From an uncultured bacterium (GTDB lineage: Bacteria > Auribacterota > Erginobacteria > Erginobacterales > Erginobacteraceae), in contig CAWGIE010000036.1 in NCBI GenBank assembly GCA_963822585.1, positions 32,001-96,000 on the forward strand: DNA of 64,000 bases, in the 5' to 3' direction. The position numbers and the translations under genes were made by a program. This document shows positions 40,034 through 48,435 of the stretch, piece by piece; the stretch's first letter is position 1, and every line of letters starts with the position of its first letter. Under the pieces are notes generated by a model. The model did not search any database. It saw nothing but the letters and a program-made list of their open reading frames with translations, and was not told the origin of the DNA.

Positions 40034-41164
40034 ATGCGTAACACAATCAAAATAGAGGGGAGGGGCGACGGAAACACGGTCCCGGACGTTCTCGGACATT
40101 GTTCCCTCTGCCCTCGTAACTGCCGGGTCAATCGCCCGGCGGGGCAGCCCGGCTATTGCCGGACCGGCGCCGACCTGTCCATTGCCTCGATCTGCCGCCA
40201 TCGGGGAGAAGAACCATCCGTCTCCGGGGAAAACGGGATCTGTAACGTCTTTTTCGCCCACTGCAACCTTCAGTGCGTCTACTGTCAGAACTATCAGATC
40301 AGCCGAAATGACACCGGTCACCCCCACCCCGGGGTGAACCTGCCGGAGGCAGTCAGCCGGATAGAAGATATTCTGGACCGGGGCGCGCAAGGAGTCGGGT
40401 TCGTCTCCCCTTCACACTGCATTCCGCAGATGAGAGCGATCATTGGTGAACTGCGCCGGAGGGGACGAAAGACGGTCTTCGTCATGAACACCAACTGTTA
40501 TGACCGCGCGGAGACGATCGCCACCCTCGAAGACGAGATCGATGTTTATCTCCCCGACCTTAAATATCGCGATCCGGGACTGGCTGAACGGTATTCGGGG
40601 GCCCGGGATTATCCCTTTGTCGCCGAACGGGCGCTCCGAGAGATGTATCGGCAGAAGGGATCGGAATTAACCTTCGACCCGGACGGTGCCATCCGTTCCG
40701 GTCTGATCATCCGCCACCTGGTCCTCCCGGGCGAAACACGCGACAGCATAGACTGCCTGCGATTCATCGCGGAAGAACTTTCGCCCGAGATCCACCTATC
40801 CCTGATGGCCCAGTACCATCCCACCCCCTTCGTCCGCGATCACCCGCGATTGGGACGGACGCTGGCCCGGGAGGAATACGAAGAAGTGAAGGAGGAGATG
40901 GAGCGGCTGGGGTTCGGCAACGGCTGGGTCCAGGAACTGGAAAGCCAGGGGGAGTACTTGCCGGACTTCGCTTGTGAAGATGTCTTCCGGGAAAATTCCG
41001 AATCATCCCACAGGGACAATGGAGTGATGGAACGATGGAGTAATGGAGTATTGAGACCCTCGCCGGGCAGCCCCGACCACTCCAGTACTCCAACACTCCA
41101 ATACTCCTCGTTGCCGATTGTTGTCACCCTGCTTAAACCACGCGTATCGGGTCACCAATCTTAA
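40034..41164 (+). CDS. Radical SAM protein (PflX-like)
   Basis: CSLCPRNC, CNLQCVYCQN, YLPDLKY, RHLVLPG; C-terminal tail is translated 8-mer repeat. Confidence 0.9.
   Translation: MRNTIKIEGRGDGNTVPDVLGHCSLCPRNCRVNRPAGQPGYCRTGADLSIASICRHRGEEPSVSGENGICNVFFAHCNLQCVYCQNYQISRNDTGHPHPGVNLPEAVSRIEDILDRGAQGVGFVSPSHCIPQMRAIIGELRRRGRKTVFVMNTNCYDRAETIATLEDEIDVYLPDLKYRDPGLAERYSGARDYPFVAERALREMYRQKGSELTFDPDGAIRSGLIIRHLVLPGETRDSIDCLRFIAEELSPEIHLSLMAQYHPTPFVRDHPRLGRTLAREEYEEVKEEMERLGFGNGWVQELESQGEYLPDFACEDVFRENSESSHRDNGVMERWSNGVLRPSPGSPDHSSTPTLQYSSLPIVVTLLKPRVSGHQS
41018..41108. repeat. Inverted-arm 8-mer element inside the 3' end of the radical SAM gene
   Basis: TGGAGTGATGGAACGATGGAGTAATGGAGTATTG ... ACTCCAGTACTCCAACACTCCAATACTCC. 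Confidence 0.85.
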
Positions 41165-41609
41165 CTGTGCCACCCTCGGCCACCCGGGCGAATATCCCCT
41201 CCCGGGGCATGATGCAGTCCCCGGAGAGTTTGCGGATGGCGCAGCCCTCGTGGCATTCCTTGCCGATCTGGGTTATCTCCAGGATGACCGAGGAGCCTAC
41301 CCGGAGACGCGTTCCCACCGGGATGGTATACAATTCGATCCCCCGGGTAGTCAGGTTCTCGGCAAAGTCTCCCGGTTGAAAAGTCGCGCGGTCAAGACCC
41401 GGGATCCCATCGGGCAACGTCCTGGCCAGTTTCTCCATGCTCTCGACCGCCAGCAGGCTGATCTGCCGGTGCCAGCTGCCGCTGTGGGCGTCTTCCCCGA
41501 TCCCCCAGTCCGGTTTCAGGAGGGCATGGCCGACGTTCCTCTTCCGCACCCCCTTGCGGTCGCTGACGCAAACCGCCACGATCTCACCCTGTTGTTTGTG
41601 AATCGTCAT
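41133..41609 (-). CDS. MOSC domain protein
   Basis: DAHSGSWHRQISLL, GDFAENL, QIGKECH, CIMPREG. Confidence 0.9.
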   Translation of the reverse strand: MTIHKQQGEIVAVCVSDRKGVRKRNVGHALLKPDWGIGEDAHSGSWHRQISLLAVESMEKLARTLPDGIPGLDRATFQPGDFAENLTTRGIELYTIPVGTRLRVGSSVILEITQIGKECHEGCAIRKLSGDCIMPREGIFARVAEGGTVKIGDPIRVV

Positions 41610-41640
41610 ATTTTGATGCATAAAATTCCATTGATTTATG

Positions 41641-41975
41641 ACCACTAAGACACCAAGACACTAAGAAAAGAAAAATTTAATCTAATTCATGCTCGAAAAT
41701 ATTATTTTCTTAGTGTCTTTGTGTCTTTGTGGTTATACATCGCGCCGAAGGCGTTAACTTGCTGTTTCGGAATTTTCAGCCTGAGGCTGATGAGCCTCCG
41801 GCTCACAATAAAAGGCAACGGTAAGGGTAACGAAGCCCAGCCTGCCCCGATTCATCGGGGTATCGGTGAGGGTTAGGGTAACGGCTGCTGCGCCTGGCGC
41901 ACGTAACCGTAACCGACAAACGAAACGGGCCTCGTTACCGTTGCCCTGACCGAGTTGCACCATAGGCGCTAACTT
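41641..41975 (-). mobile_element. Two tandem cassette-like units (hexamer-arm cargo 41813-41950; 8-mer-arm cargo 41641-41733)
   Basis: Minus strand AAGTTAGCGCC ... TTTATTG[30 bp]AAATTCCGAAACAGC|AAGTTAACGCCTTCGGCGC; junction matches 49431-49473. Confidence 0.65.
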
Positions 41976-42301
41976 GTTTCTTTGCCTAGCCAGTCAAGGT
42001 ACTCCCGGCTGCCGCCGCTGACGGGGAGGGCGATGATCTCGGGGACGTCGTAGCGGTGAATTTCCTTCACGGTCTCGATCAGGCCGTTTAACTTCTCCCG
42101 GCGGGTCTTGGCGACCAGAAGAAATTCCTCCGCTCTATCCACCTTCCCCTCCCACCAGAAAAAGGATTCCCCTTTTGGCCAGATGGAGACACAAGCCGCC
42201 AGTCGTTTTTCGAGAAGCGTCCGGGCGATCCGCCCCGCCTCTTCCCGGTCCGGGCTGGTCATGAGAACGACAATGTACGTGTTCTGTAATTGATCATTCA
42301 T
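41969..42301 (-). CDS. cutA: Divalent-cation tolerance protein CutA
   Basis: LAACV, SFFWWEGKV, HRYDVPEI, YLDW. Confidence 0.94.
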   Translation of the reverse strand: MNDQLQNTYIVVLMTSPDREEAGRIARTLLEKRLAACVSIWPKGESFFWWEGKVDRAEEFLLVAKTRREKLNGLIETVKEIHRYDVPEIIALPVSGGSREYLDWLGKETS

Positions 42302-42345
42302 ATGATGCTCCCGATAGGGATGTCTCCCTGACTATACCAGAAAAA

Positions 42346-42448
42346 AGTAATCGGTATTCAGTAATCGGTAATCGGTATTTTCCCGAGATGAGATCTGCTG
42401 ATCACTGATCACTGATTACTGATTACTGATTACCGATCACTGATTACT
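42346..42448. repeat. Inverted-arm heptamer element (GTAATCR family)
   Basis: GTAATCGGTATTCAGTAATCGGTAATCGG ... CTGATCACTGATCACTGATTACTGATTACTGATTACCGATCACTGATTAC. Confidence 0.85.
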
Positions 42449-42456
42449 ATCTGTTA

Positions 42457-44169
42457 TCACCTGCATTTCAACGTCCTCAGCCTGTTGATCGCCGCCGCGA
42501 TCTCGTATCGCCGGGGACGGGCGTGATTTCCTTTCAGGTAGGGAGAGATCACATCCAGCCCTTCCCGGTCCAGGTCGGCCTCGACCAGATCCAGGATCTC
42601 ACCCAGAGATCTCGTCCCGTCAATGTACTTATTCATCGCGTAATGAATGATATCCCCGATCGCCCGGGTCTGGCTGATATCCACCAGCTGCTCGACCCCG
42701 GAGAGATCGATCGTGGCATTGCCGAAGGCGATCGAGTTGATGCTCCGGGCGGAGATTTTGGCCTGCAGGCGCTTCCCCTTCCGGGGATCGAACCCTTCCG
42801 GGAGCGGGCGGCGCTCCTTGACCGCGCCGAAATATTGGCCGCCTTCGAACCGGCGGCGGCTGGAAAAGCTTTCCGCGATCCGGCGGGCCTCGGCGGTGAC
42901 GTCCCGGGGACGATATTCGTCCATCATGATCACCGTGTCGGCGACGTCAAAATAATCCCCGCTCCCTCCCATGACCAGGATGGTGGAGACACCGAGATCG
43001 CCATAGAGCTGGCGCACCTTGTCGATGAAGGGCGTTATCGGTTCCTTCTCCTTGGCGACCAGGCTCTGCATCCGCTCGTCCCTGATCATGAAGTTGGTGG
43101 CCGAGGTATCCTCGTCCACCAGGAGCAGCCGGGCGCCGGCCTCCAGCGCTTCCATGATATTAGCGGCCTGGGAAGTCGAGCCGCTGGCATCGGTGGAAGA
43201 AAATGATCTCGTATCCAGATTCAGCGGCAGATCTCTGATGAAGGGGCTGATATCGACATTCTCGATAAAACGACCGTCTTCGGCCCGGATCTTCACGCAG
43301 TCGGCGACGGTGACCGCCAGTTCCCGTCCGTCTCCGGGAATATGGTTATAGACTCCTTTCTCGAGGGCTGCCAGCAGGGTCGATTTGCCGTGGTATCCCC
43401 CTCCCACGATCAGGGTCACCCCGGCGGGGACCCCCATCCCCCGCACCGGCCCCCGGTGGGGACAGATGAACTCCACCTCGAGGCCGGGAGGGGATTGAAA
43501 GAGGACCGCGGCTTCCTCCGGGAGAGGACGGTCATCGATACCGCTCAATCGGGGCAGAAGCGAACCGTTGCCGACGAAGGCCGCCAGGCCTTTTTCAGGA
43601 AGATGCGACCGGATGAACTCCGCGTCCTCGGCCAGGTCGACGAATTTCTTCAGGAGATCCCCATCCAGAGCGGAGTAGATCAGGGTCCTTCGGACCAGTT
43701 CGGGAATTTCCTCAAAGAAAATCTCCTCCGCCTGGCGGCCCGAGATACTCCTTCCCCGGGCCGGCAGTCCGACCACGAACCGGGCCTCCACCCATTCATC
43801 CGTTACCACCATCGCCGTCCGCATCAGCACTTCCTGGGAAGGCTTATCGATGGCGAGGAGCCCGCTGTGGCCGGTGCCGCGCCGCCCTTTGACCACCTGC
43901 TGAGCCTGGCGGAAGAAATGCCTGGTCAGGCAGTCTTCCAGGGCCCGGCGCCGGATCGGCGAATTGAAAAGTCCGGCCGGGAAACCGGCCGATTTCCCGC
44001 CGACCCGCACCGCCGCCTGGCTGGGGGGAGCGAAGGGATCGGGCTGAACATAATCGATAGTGAGGGTAAACGTCCCGAAATCATAGAGCCCTTTGATGTC
44101 CTTATAAAAGCCGTAGGGCTTGCCGTCGATGCGAAGGAGCTGTTGCCTGAGCTGTTCCTTGCTTTTCAT
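42457..44169 (-). CDS. ABC-class P-loop ATPase domain protein
   Basis: VQPDPFAPPS, GGGYHGKST, ASGSTSQAA, DEDTSATNFM. Confidence 0.88.
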   Translation of the reverse strand: MKSKEQLRQQLLRIDGKPYGFYKDIKGLYDFGTFTLTIDYVQPDPFAPPSQAAVRVGGKSAGFPAGLFNSPIRRRALEDCLTRHFFRQAQQVVKGRRGTGHSGLLAIDKPSQEVLMRTAMVVTDEWVEARFVVGLPARGRSISGRQAEEIFFEEIPELVRRTLIYSALDGDLLKKFVDLAEDAEFIRSHLPEKGLAAFVGNGSLLPRLSGIDDRPLPEEAAVLFQSPPGLEVEFICPHRGPVRGMGVPAGVTLIVGGGYHGKSTLLAALEKGVYNHIPGDGRELAVTVADCVKIRAEDGRFIENVDISPFIRDLPLNLDTRSFSSTDASGSTSQAANIMEALEAGARLLLVDEDTSATNFMIRDERMQSLVAKEKEPITPFIDKVRQLYGDLGVSTILVMGGSGDYFDVADTVIMMDEYRPRDVTAEARRIAESFSSRRRFEGGQYFGAVKERRPLPEGFDPRKGKRLQAKISARSINSIAFGNATIDLSGVEQLVDISQTRAIGDIIHYAMNKYIDGTRSLGEILDLVEADLDREGLDVISPYLKGNHARPRRYEIAAAINRLRTLKCR

Positions 44170-44234
44170 CTCTCAACCTCTTCCCACCGCTCCCGGTGAA
44201 GATATCCGCCATGAAGACACGGAGAAAGTATCTC

Positions 44235-44360
44235 GGGGAATCAGATTATCAGTGGGCAGAAAATCAGGACATCAGGTGCTCGATGTCAGGGGCCCGAAAT
44301 TCCGATAATCCGGCAATCTTCCACCTGATCCCCTGTTATCCTGATTTCCCAACCTAATAC
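44235..44360. repeat. Inverted-arm element of ATCAGG/CCTGAT 8-mers
   Basis: Sibling of 24151-24270. Confidence 0.65.
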
Positions 44361-44412
44361 TTTTGTGTTTAGCGGCATATGCTCTGGAAGCAGAGCGAGA
44401 ACGAAGGTGGGG

Positions 44413-44724
44413 TTATTTGCCTTCGGCGGGTTTGGCGGGTGGCGGGGAAGAGGATTCAGGGGTTTTCTTCTTATCCGAGGCAGGTTTCTCGGCCGGAGGT
44501 TTTTCCTTCACCTTCTCTTTTTTCTCTCCTTCCTTGTAGCTCTTGCTCCGATAGTCCGTTTCATAGAACCCGGAGCCTTTAAAGATGATCCCCGCTCCGG
44601 TTCCGATCAGCCTCTTCAGCTTTCCTCCGCAATGGGAGCACCTGGTAAGCTTCTTGGCTTTGATGCTCTGAAATTTCTCAAAGAGGTCCCCGCAATCTTC
44701 GCACTCATAATCATAGGTCGGCAT
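44413..44724 (-). CDS. FmdB-family zinc ribbon protein
   Basis: MPTYDYECEDCG..CSHCGG..FKGSGFYETDY. Confidence 0.93.
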   Translation of the reverse strand: MPTYDYECEDCGDLFEKFQSIKAKKLTRCSHCGGKLKRLIGTGAGIIFKGSGFYETDYRSKSYKEGEKKEKVKEKPPAEKPASDKKKTPESSSPPPAKPAEGK

Positions 44725-44761
44725 AAACAGGCTCCCTTCCGATTTGATTCATTTGTCGGCA

Positions 44762-44789
44762 ATCATAGGGAAATATTTTCGATTGTCAA
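44762..44789 (-). promoter_or_regulatory. Sigma-70 promoter of the FmdB gene
   Basis: TTGACA-N16-TATGAT on the minus strand. Confidence 0.55.
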
Positions 44790-44842
44790 GTTTGTAGAAC
44801 TCCGGTTATGGTAATATTAAACGGCTGCTTCAAAATGAATTA

Positions 44843-44934
44843 AAACCATGAAGGACACGAAGAACACCAAGTATGACTGATAAAAAATGAGCTTTGACTT
44901 ATTTTTGACAAAATCTTCGTCTTCTTCGTGGTTT
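44843..44934. repeat. Degenerate inverted-arm 9-mer element (CACGAAG family)
   Basis: AAACCATGAAGGACACGAAGAACACCAAG ... CTTCGTCTTCTTCGTGGTTT. Confidence 0.75.
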
Positions 44935-45006
44935 CAATCGTTTTTATTTCAATGAAACAAAATTTTCGAGTACGGTATAGTTAGTGCGGGACACTGCTTC
45001 ACTCTA

Positions 45007-45900
45007 ATGAAAAGGGAACAGGACTTCCAGGCCTATCTGGCGGAGAAAAAGGAACTGATCGACGGTGCTCTGGCGGAATCCCTCGATCGGGAGAAGGACT
45101 GCCCGGAGATATTGCGGCAGGCCATGCGGTACAGCCTGCTGGGAGGGGGGAAGCGTATTCGTCCCATCCTCTGTCTGGCCGCCTGCCGGGCCGTCGGCGG
45201 CCGGGAAGAACAGGCGCTGGCTTCCGCCGGCGCCCTGGAGATGATCCACACCTATTCGCTCATCCACGACGACCTCCCCGCCATGGACGACGATGAATTC
45301 CGCCGCGGACGGCCGACCCTCCATCGCGCTTTTAACGAAGGGACCGCCATTCTGGCCGGTGACGCCCTCCTCACCCGGGCCTTCGAGGTGATCGCCCGGG
45401 ACCGGCGCCTGAGTGACCGGCAGGTTCGGCGGATCGTGACCGAATTGGCGGCCGGGGCCGGGGAACGGGGGATGGTGGGGGGACAGCAGGCCGACCTTGA
45501 TGCCGAAGGGCGGCGGGTGGATGGGAAGGCTCTGGAGTATATCCATTCCCGGAAAACCGGGGCGTTTCTCACCGCCTCCGTCCTCTGCGGAGCGATCGCC
45601 GGCGGCGCCTCCCCGAAACAGCTCAAAATCCTGGGCGCCTACGGAAAGGCGATCGGTCTCGCTTTTCAGATCAAGGACGATCTGCTCGATCGCGAAGGGG
45701 AGATCGGCAAACTCGGGAAAGCGACCGGTCAGGACGAGAAAACCGGAAAGGCGACATATCCCGCCGTCTGGGGGATAGAGGTTTCCCGGGAAAAACTTCG
45801 GGATGCGATCGATGAGGCTCTTGCCTCCCTGGAAGCCTTCGGCCGGGAAGCCGATCCCCTGCGGGAGATCGCGCGGTTCATTGGCGAACGGGAAACATAA
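45007..45900 (+). CDS. ispA: Farnesyl/geranylgeranyl diphosphate synthase
   Basis: GGKRIRP, HDDLPAMDDD..RRG, KTG, FQIKDDLLD, KATYP. Confidence 0.93.
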   Translation: MKREQDFQAYLAEKKELIDGALAESLDREKDCPEILRQAMRYSLLGGGKRIRPILCLAACRAVGGREEQALASAGALEMIHTYSLIHDDLPAMDDDEFRRGRPTLHRAFNEGTAILAGDALLTRAFEVIARDRRLSDRQVRRIVTELAAGAGERGMVGGQQADLDAEGRRVDGKALEYIHSRKTGAFLTASVLCGAIAGGASPKQLKILGAYGKAIGLAFQIKDDLLDREGEIGKLGKATGQDEKTGKATYPAVWGIEVSREKLRDAIDEALASLEAFGREADPLREIARFIGERET

Positions 45901-45901
45901 A

Positions 45902-46140
45902 TAGAGCTTACTCAATAAGCTCGTAAGCTCTAAAATTCTAATATCTTCAGCCAAAGGCTGATCCGCCTCTGGCGGAAAATACTAAATCCTAAATAATATC
46001 AAATGACCAAAATCACAAATTCAAAACAATTTCGCCGGGACCCGTGATATTTCGATCATTGGGTCATTTGGATTTTGAATTTGTTTAGGATTTCGATATT
46101 AGGATTTAGGATTTTCTGATAAAAAGCCTTTTCGAGCAGG
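45902..46140 (+). repeat. AT-rich MITE-like repeat copy 1 (heptamer arms, terminal hairpins) with a 30-bp insert
   Basis: Colinear with the reverse complement of 51192-51402 except for the insert at 45947-45976. Confidence 0.85.
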
Positions 46141-46146
46141 GTAGAT

Positions 46147-46536
46147 CTATACCATTTTAATCCAGATCTGGCGATGGCGGGGACCGTCGAACTCGCAGAA
46201 AAAGATTCCCTGCCAGGTCCCCAGCCGGAGGCTGCCGCTCGCTACCGGCACACAGACCGACGATCCCATCAGAGAAGCCTTGATATGGGAGTCGGCATTC
46301 CCTTCCAAGTGGTTATAGCCGGCGCCGTCAGGGACCAGCCGGGAGAGAACCGATTGGATATCGGCCCGGACGCTGGGATCGGCGTTCTCATTGATGGTGA
46401 TCCCCGCGGTCGTGTGGGGGACGAAGATCACACAGATCCCCTCCTCCGCCCCGGAGGCGGACACCTCCCGTTCCACCTGGGCGGTGATATCTACCATCTC
46501 CGAGCGCCGGGATGTCCTGAGGCTGATTGTTCTCAT
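46147..46536 (-). CDS. yjbQ: YjbQ/UPF0047 family protein
   Basis: HTTAGITINENADP, EGNADSH, LGTWQGI, EFDGPR. Confidence 0.92.
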   Translation of the reverse strand: MRTISLRTSRRSEMVDITAQVEREVSASGAEEGICVIFVPHTTAGITINENADPSVRADIQSVLSRLVPDGAGYNHLEGNADSHIKASLMGSSVCVPVASGSLRLGTWQGIFFCEFDGPRHRQIWIKMV

Positions 46537-46578
46537 TTAACATTTTCCTCCGGAAAATTTTATGAAAAAATTACTATT

Positions 46579-46674
46579 CGACGTTAGAGGTTGAGCGTTC
46601 ATTATTCCCAGCATCCGTTCGTTCAATGTTCGATGTTCAACGTTCGACGTTGGACGTTGAGCGTTGAACGTTCA
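46579..46674. repeat. Heptamer AACGTTC/GACGTTG array overlapping the hypB stop
   Basis: CAACGTTCGACGTTGGACGTTGAGCGTTGAACGTTC; same unit at 47376-47415. Confidence 0.75.
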
Positions 46675-47314
46675 TCATTTCATTCATAAGCCACTCCCCC
46701 CACTCCTCCGTTCCCTCTCCGGTCCGGCAGGAGACCTCGATGACCGGGATGACGGGGTTGATGGCTTTCAGCCCGGCGTAAAAAGCCGCCCGGTCAAAGT
46801 CGGTATGAGGGATAAGGTCGATCTTGTTCAGGATCACCACCGCCGCCTCGATAAAAAGAAGAGGGTACTTGGTCGGCTTATCGTCGCCTTCGGCGACGCT
46901 GACCAGTCCGATCTTTGCTTCTTCTCCCAGTTGAAAGCTGACCGGGCAGACCAGGTTGCCGACATTCTCGATGATTAAAAGATCGATGGCATCGAGATCC
47001 ATCCCGGAGAGCGCCTCCCGTACCATCTGCGGACTCAGGTGACAGCCCCGGCCGGTATTGATCTGGAGCGCGTCCAGCCCCAATTTCCGGAGGCGAACCG
47101 TGTCTTTGTCCGATGCCAGGTCGCCTTCGATGACCCCCATCCTGATTTTTTTACCGAGGTGCCGGTAGGCGGCTTCGATCAGCGAGGTCTTCCCCGAGCC
47201 GGGAGAGCCGATCAGGTTCAATGCCGCCACCCCGTGCCGGCGCAGCAACAGCCGATTTTCCTCTCCGATCCGGTCTTCTTCTTTTAAAATATCTTCTTTG
47301 ATTTTTACCTTCAC
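46637..47314 (-). CDS. hypB: Hydrogenase nickel incorporation GTPase HypB
   Basis: GSPGSGKT, IEGD, GCHL, ENVGNLVCP, EGDDKP, NKID. Confidence 0.95.
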   Translation of the reverse strand: MKVKIKEDILKEEDRIGEENRLLLRRHGVAALNLIGSPGSGKTSLIEAAYRHLGKKIRMGVIEGDLASDKDTVRLRKLGLDALQINTGRGCHLSPQMVREALSGMDLDAIDLLIIENVGNLVCPVSFQLGEEAKIGLVSVAEGDDKPTKYPLLFIEAAVVILNKIDLIPHTDFDRAAFYAGLKAINPVIPVIEVSCRTGEGTEEWGEWLMNEMMNVQRSTSNVER

Positions 47315-47449
47315 ACCTTCTCCGATACCGGGGCTGACGCCCCGGCCTATTATCTTTCGCCCCTTTGGGGCTTTTCGTTCGACGTTGAACGTTGAGCGTT
47401 GGACGTTGATCGTTCAGGTCCGATCACCGATTACCGTTGTTCGGTCATT

Positions 47450-47962
47450 CCTTCGCCCCTCGTCCTTCGTCCCTCGTCCCTCGTCCTTCGTCCCTCGTCC
47501 TTCGTCCTTCGCCCCTCGTCCCTCGTCCTTCGTCCTTCGCCCCTCGTCCTTCGTCCCTCGTCCTTCGTCCCTCGTCCTTCGTCCCTCGTCCTTCGTCCTT
47601 CGCCCCTCGTCCCTCGTCCTTCGTCCCTCGTCCCTCGTCCTTCGTCCTTCGTCCCTCGTCCCTCGTCCCTCGTCCTTCGTCCCTCGTCCTTCGTCCCTCG
47701 TCCCTCGTCCCTCGTCCCTCGTCCTTCGTCCTTCGTCCCTCGTCCTTCGTCCCTCGTCCCTCGTCCCTCGTCCTTCGTCCCTCGTCCTTCGTCCCTCGTC
47801 CCTCGTCCCTCGTCCCTCGTCCTTCGTCCTTCGTCCCTCGTCCTTCGTCCTTCGCCCCTCGTCCCTCGTCCTTCGTCCCTCGTCCTTCGTCCCTCGTCCC
47901 TCGTCCCTCGCCCCTCGTCCTTCGCCCCTCGTCCCTCGTCCTTCGTCCCTCGTCCTTCGTCC
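47450..47962 (+). repeat. Long heptamer tandem array (CGTCCCT/CGTCCTT/CGCCCCT), about 73 units
   Basis: Uninterrupted 7-bp period over about 510 bp starting at the hypA stop. Confidence 0.97.
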
Positions 47963-48306
47963 TACCTCTCTCCTTCCATATAATCGATATACAGCTCCTT
48001 CCCGGATAGAATCTCCAGATCGCCGCCGCCGCAGGCCCCGCAAGTGAAGAGCAGGTCCTTCCCGGCCGTTTTTTCCCCGCAGCCCCGGCAACGGACTTCC
48101 AGGGGGACCGTCTCGATCTCGAGCCGGGCGCCGGCAATCTCCGTCTCGCCGGCCAGCATCTCGAAGGCGCACTGGAGAGTTTCGGGGATCACCTGCTGGA
48201 GCGCACCTACCCGGATGACCACCCGGGAAACCGAGGCCAGGTTTTCCCGCCGGGCGGCGGACGCCGCCAGCTTGACCAAATTATCGGCGATCGCCCATTC
48301 GTGCAT
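47962..48306 (-). CDS. hypA: Hydrogenase maturation nickel metallochaperone HypA
   Basis: MHE start, CRGC..CGACG, SGKEL; start corrected from 48384. Confidence 0.94.
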   Translation of the reverse strand: MHEWAIADNLVKLAASAARRENLASVSRVVIRVGALQQVIPETLQCAFEMLAGETEIAGARLEIETVPLEVRCRGCGEKTAGKDLLFTCGACGGGDLEILSGKELYIDYMEGER

Positions 48307-48321
48307 GATAAAATCCTGGGG

Positions 48322-48395
48322 TATGGGAGTGATGGAATAATGGAGTGATGGGGCCTGTGGCCCGCGCACACAATACTCCAACACTCCATCACCCC
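48322..48395. repeat. Inverted-arm 8-mer element (TGGAGT family)
   Basis: GGAGTGATGGAATAATGGAGTGATGG ... ACTCCAACACTCCATCACCCCA. Confidence 0.8.
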
Positions 48396-48435
48396 ATTTT
48401 TACCCAATCATCGTTCCGGCTTCCCCGGCCGTTTT

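Noticed and set aside
41740..41975. Classical integron attC sites (GTTAGCG resembles GTTRRRY)
   Set aside because: No matching RYYYAAC inverse core enclosing an attC stem, no ORF cassettes, no intI; kept only as an analogy
47298..48172. ORFs of RPSS / DEGR repeats in several frames
   Set aside because: Translations of a stop-free heptamer tract
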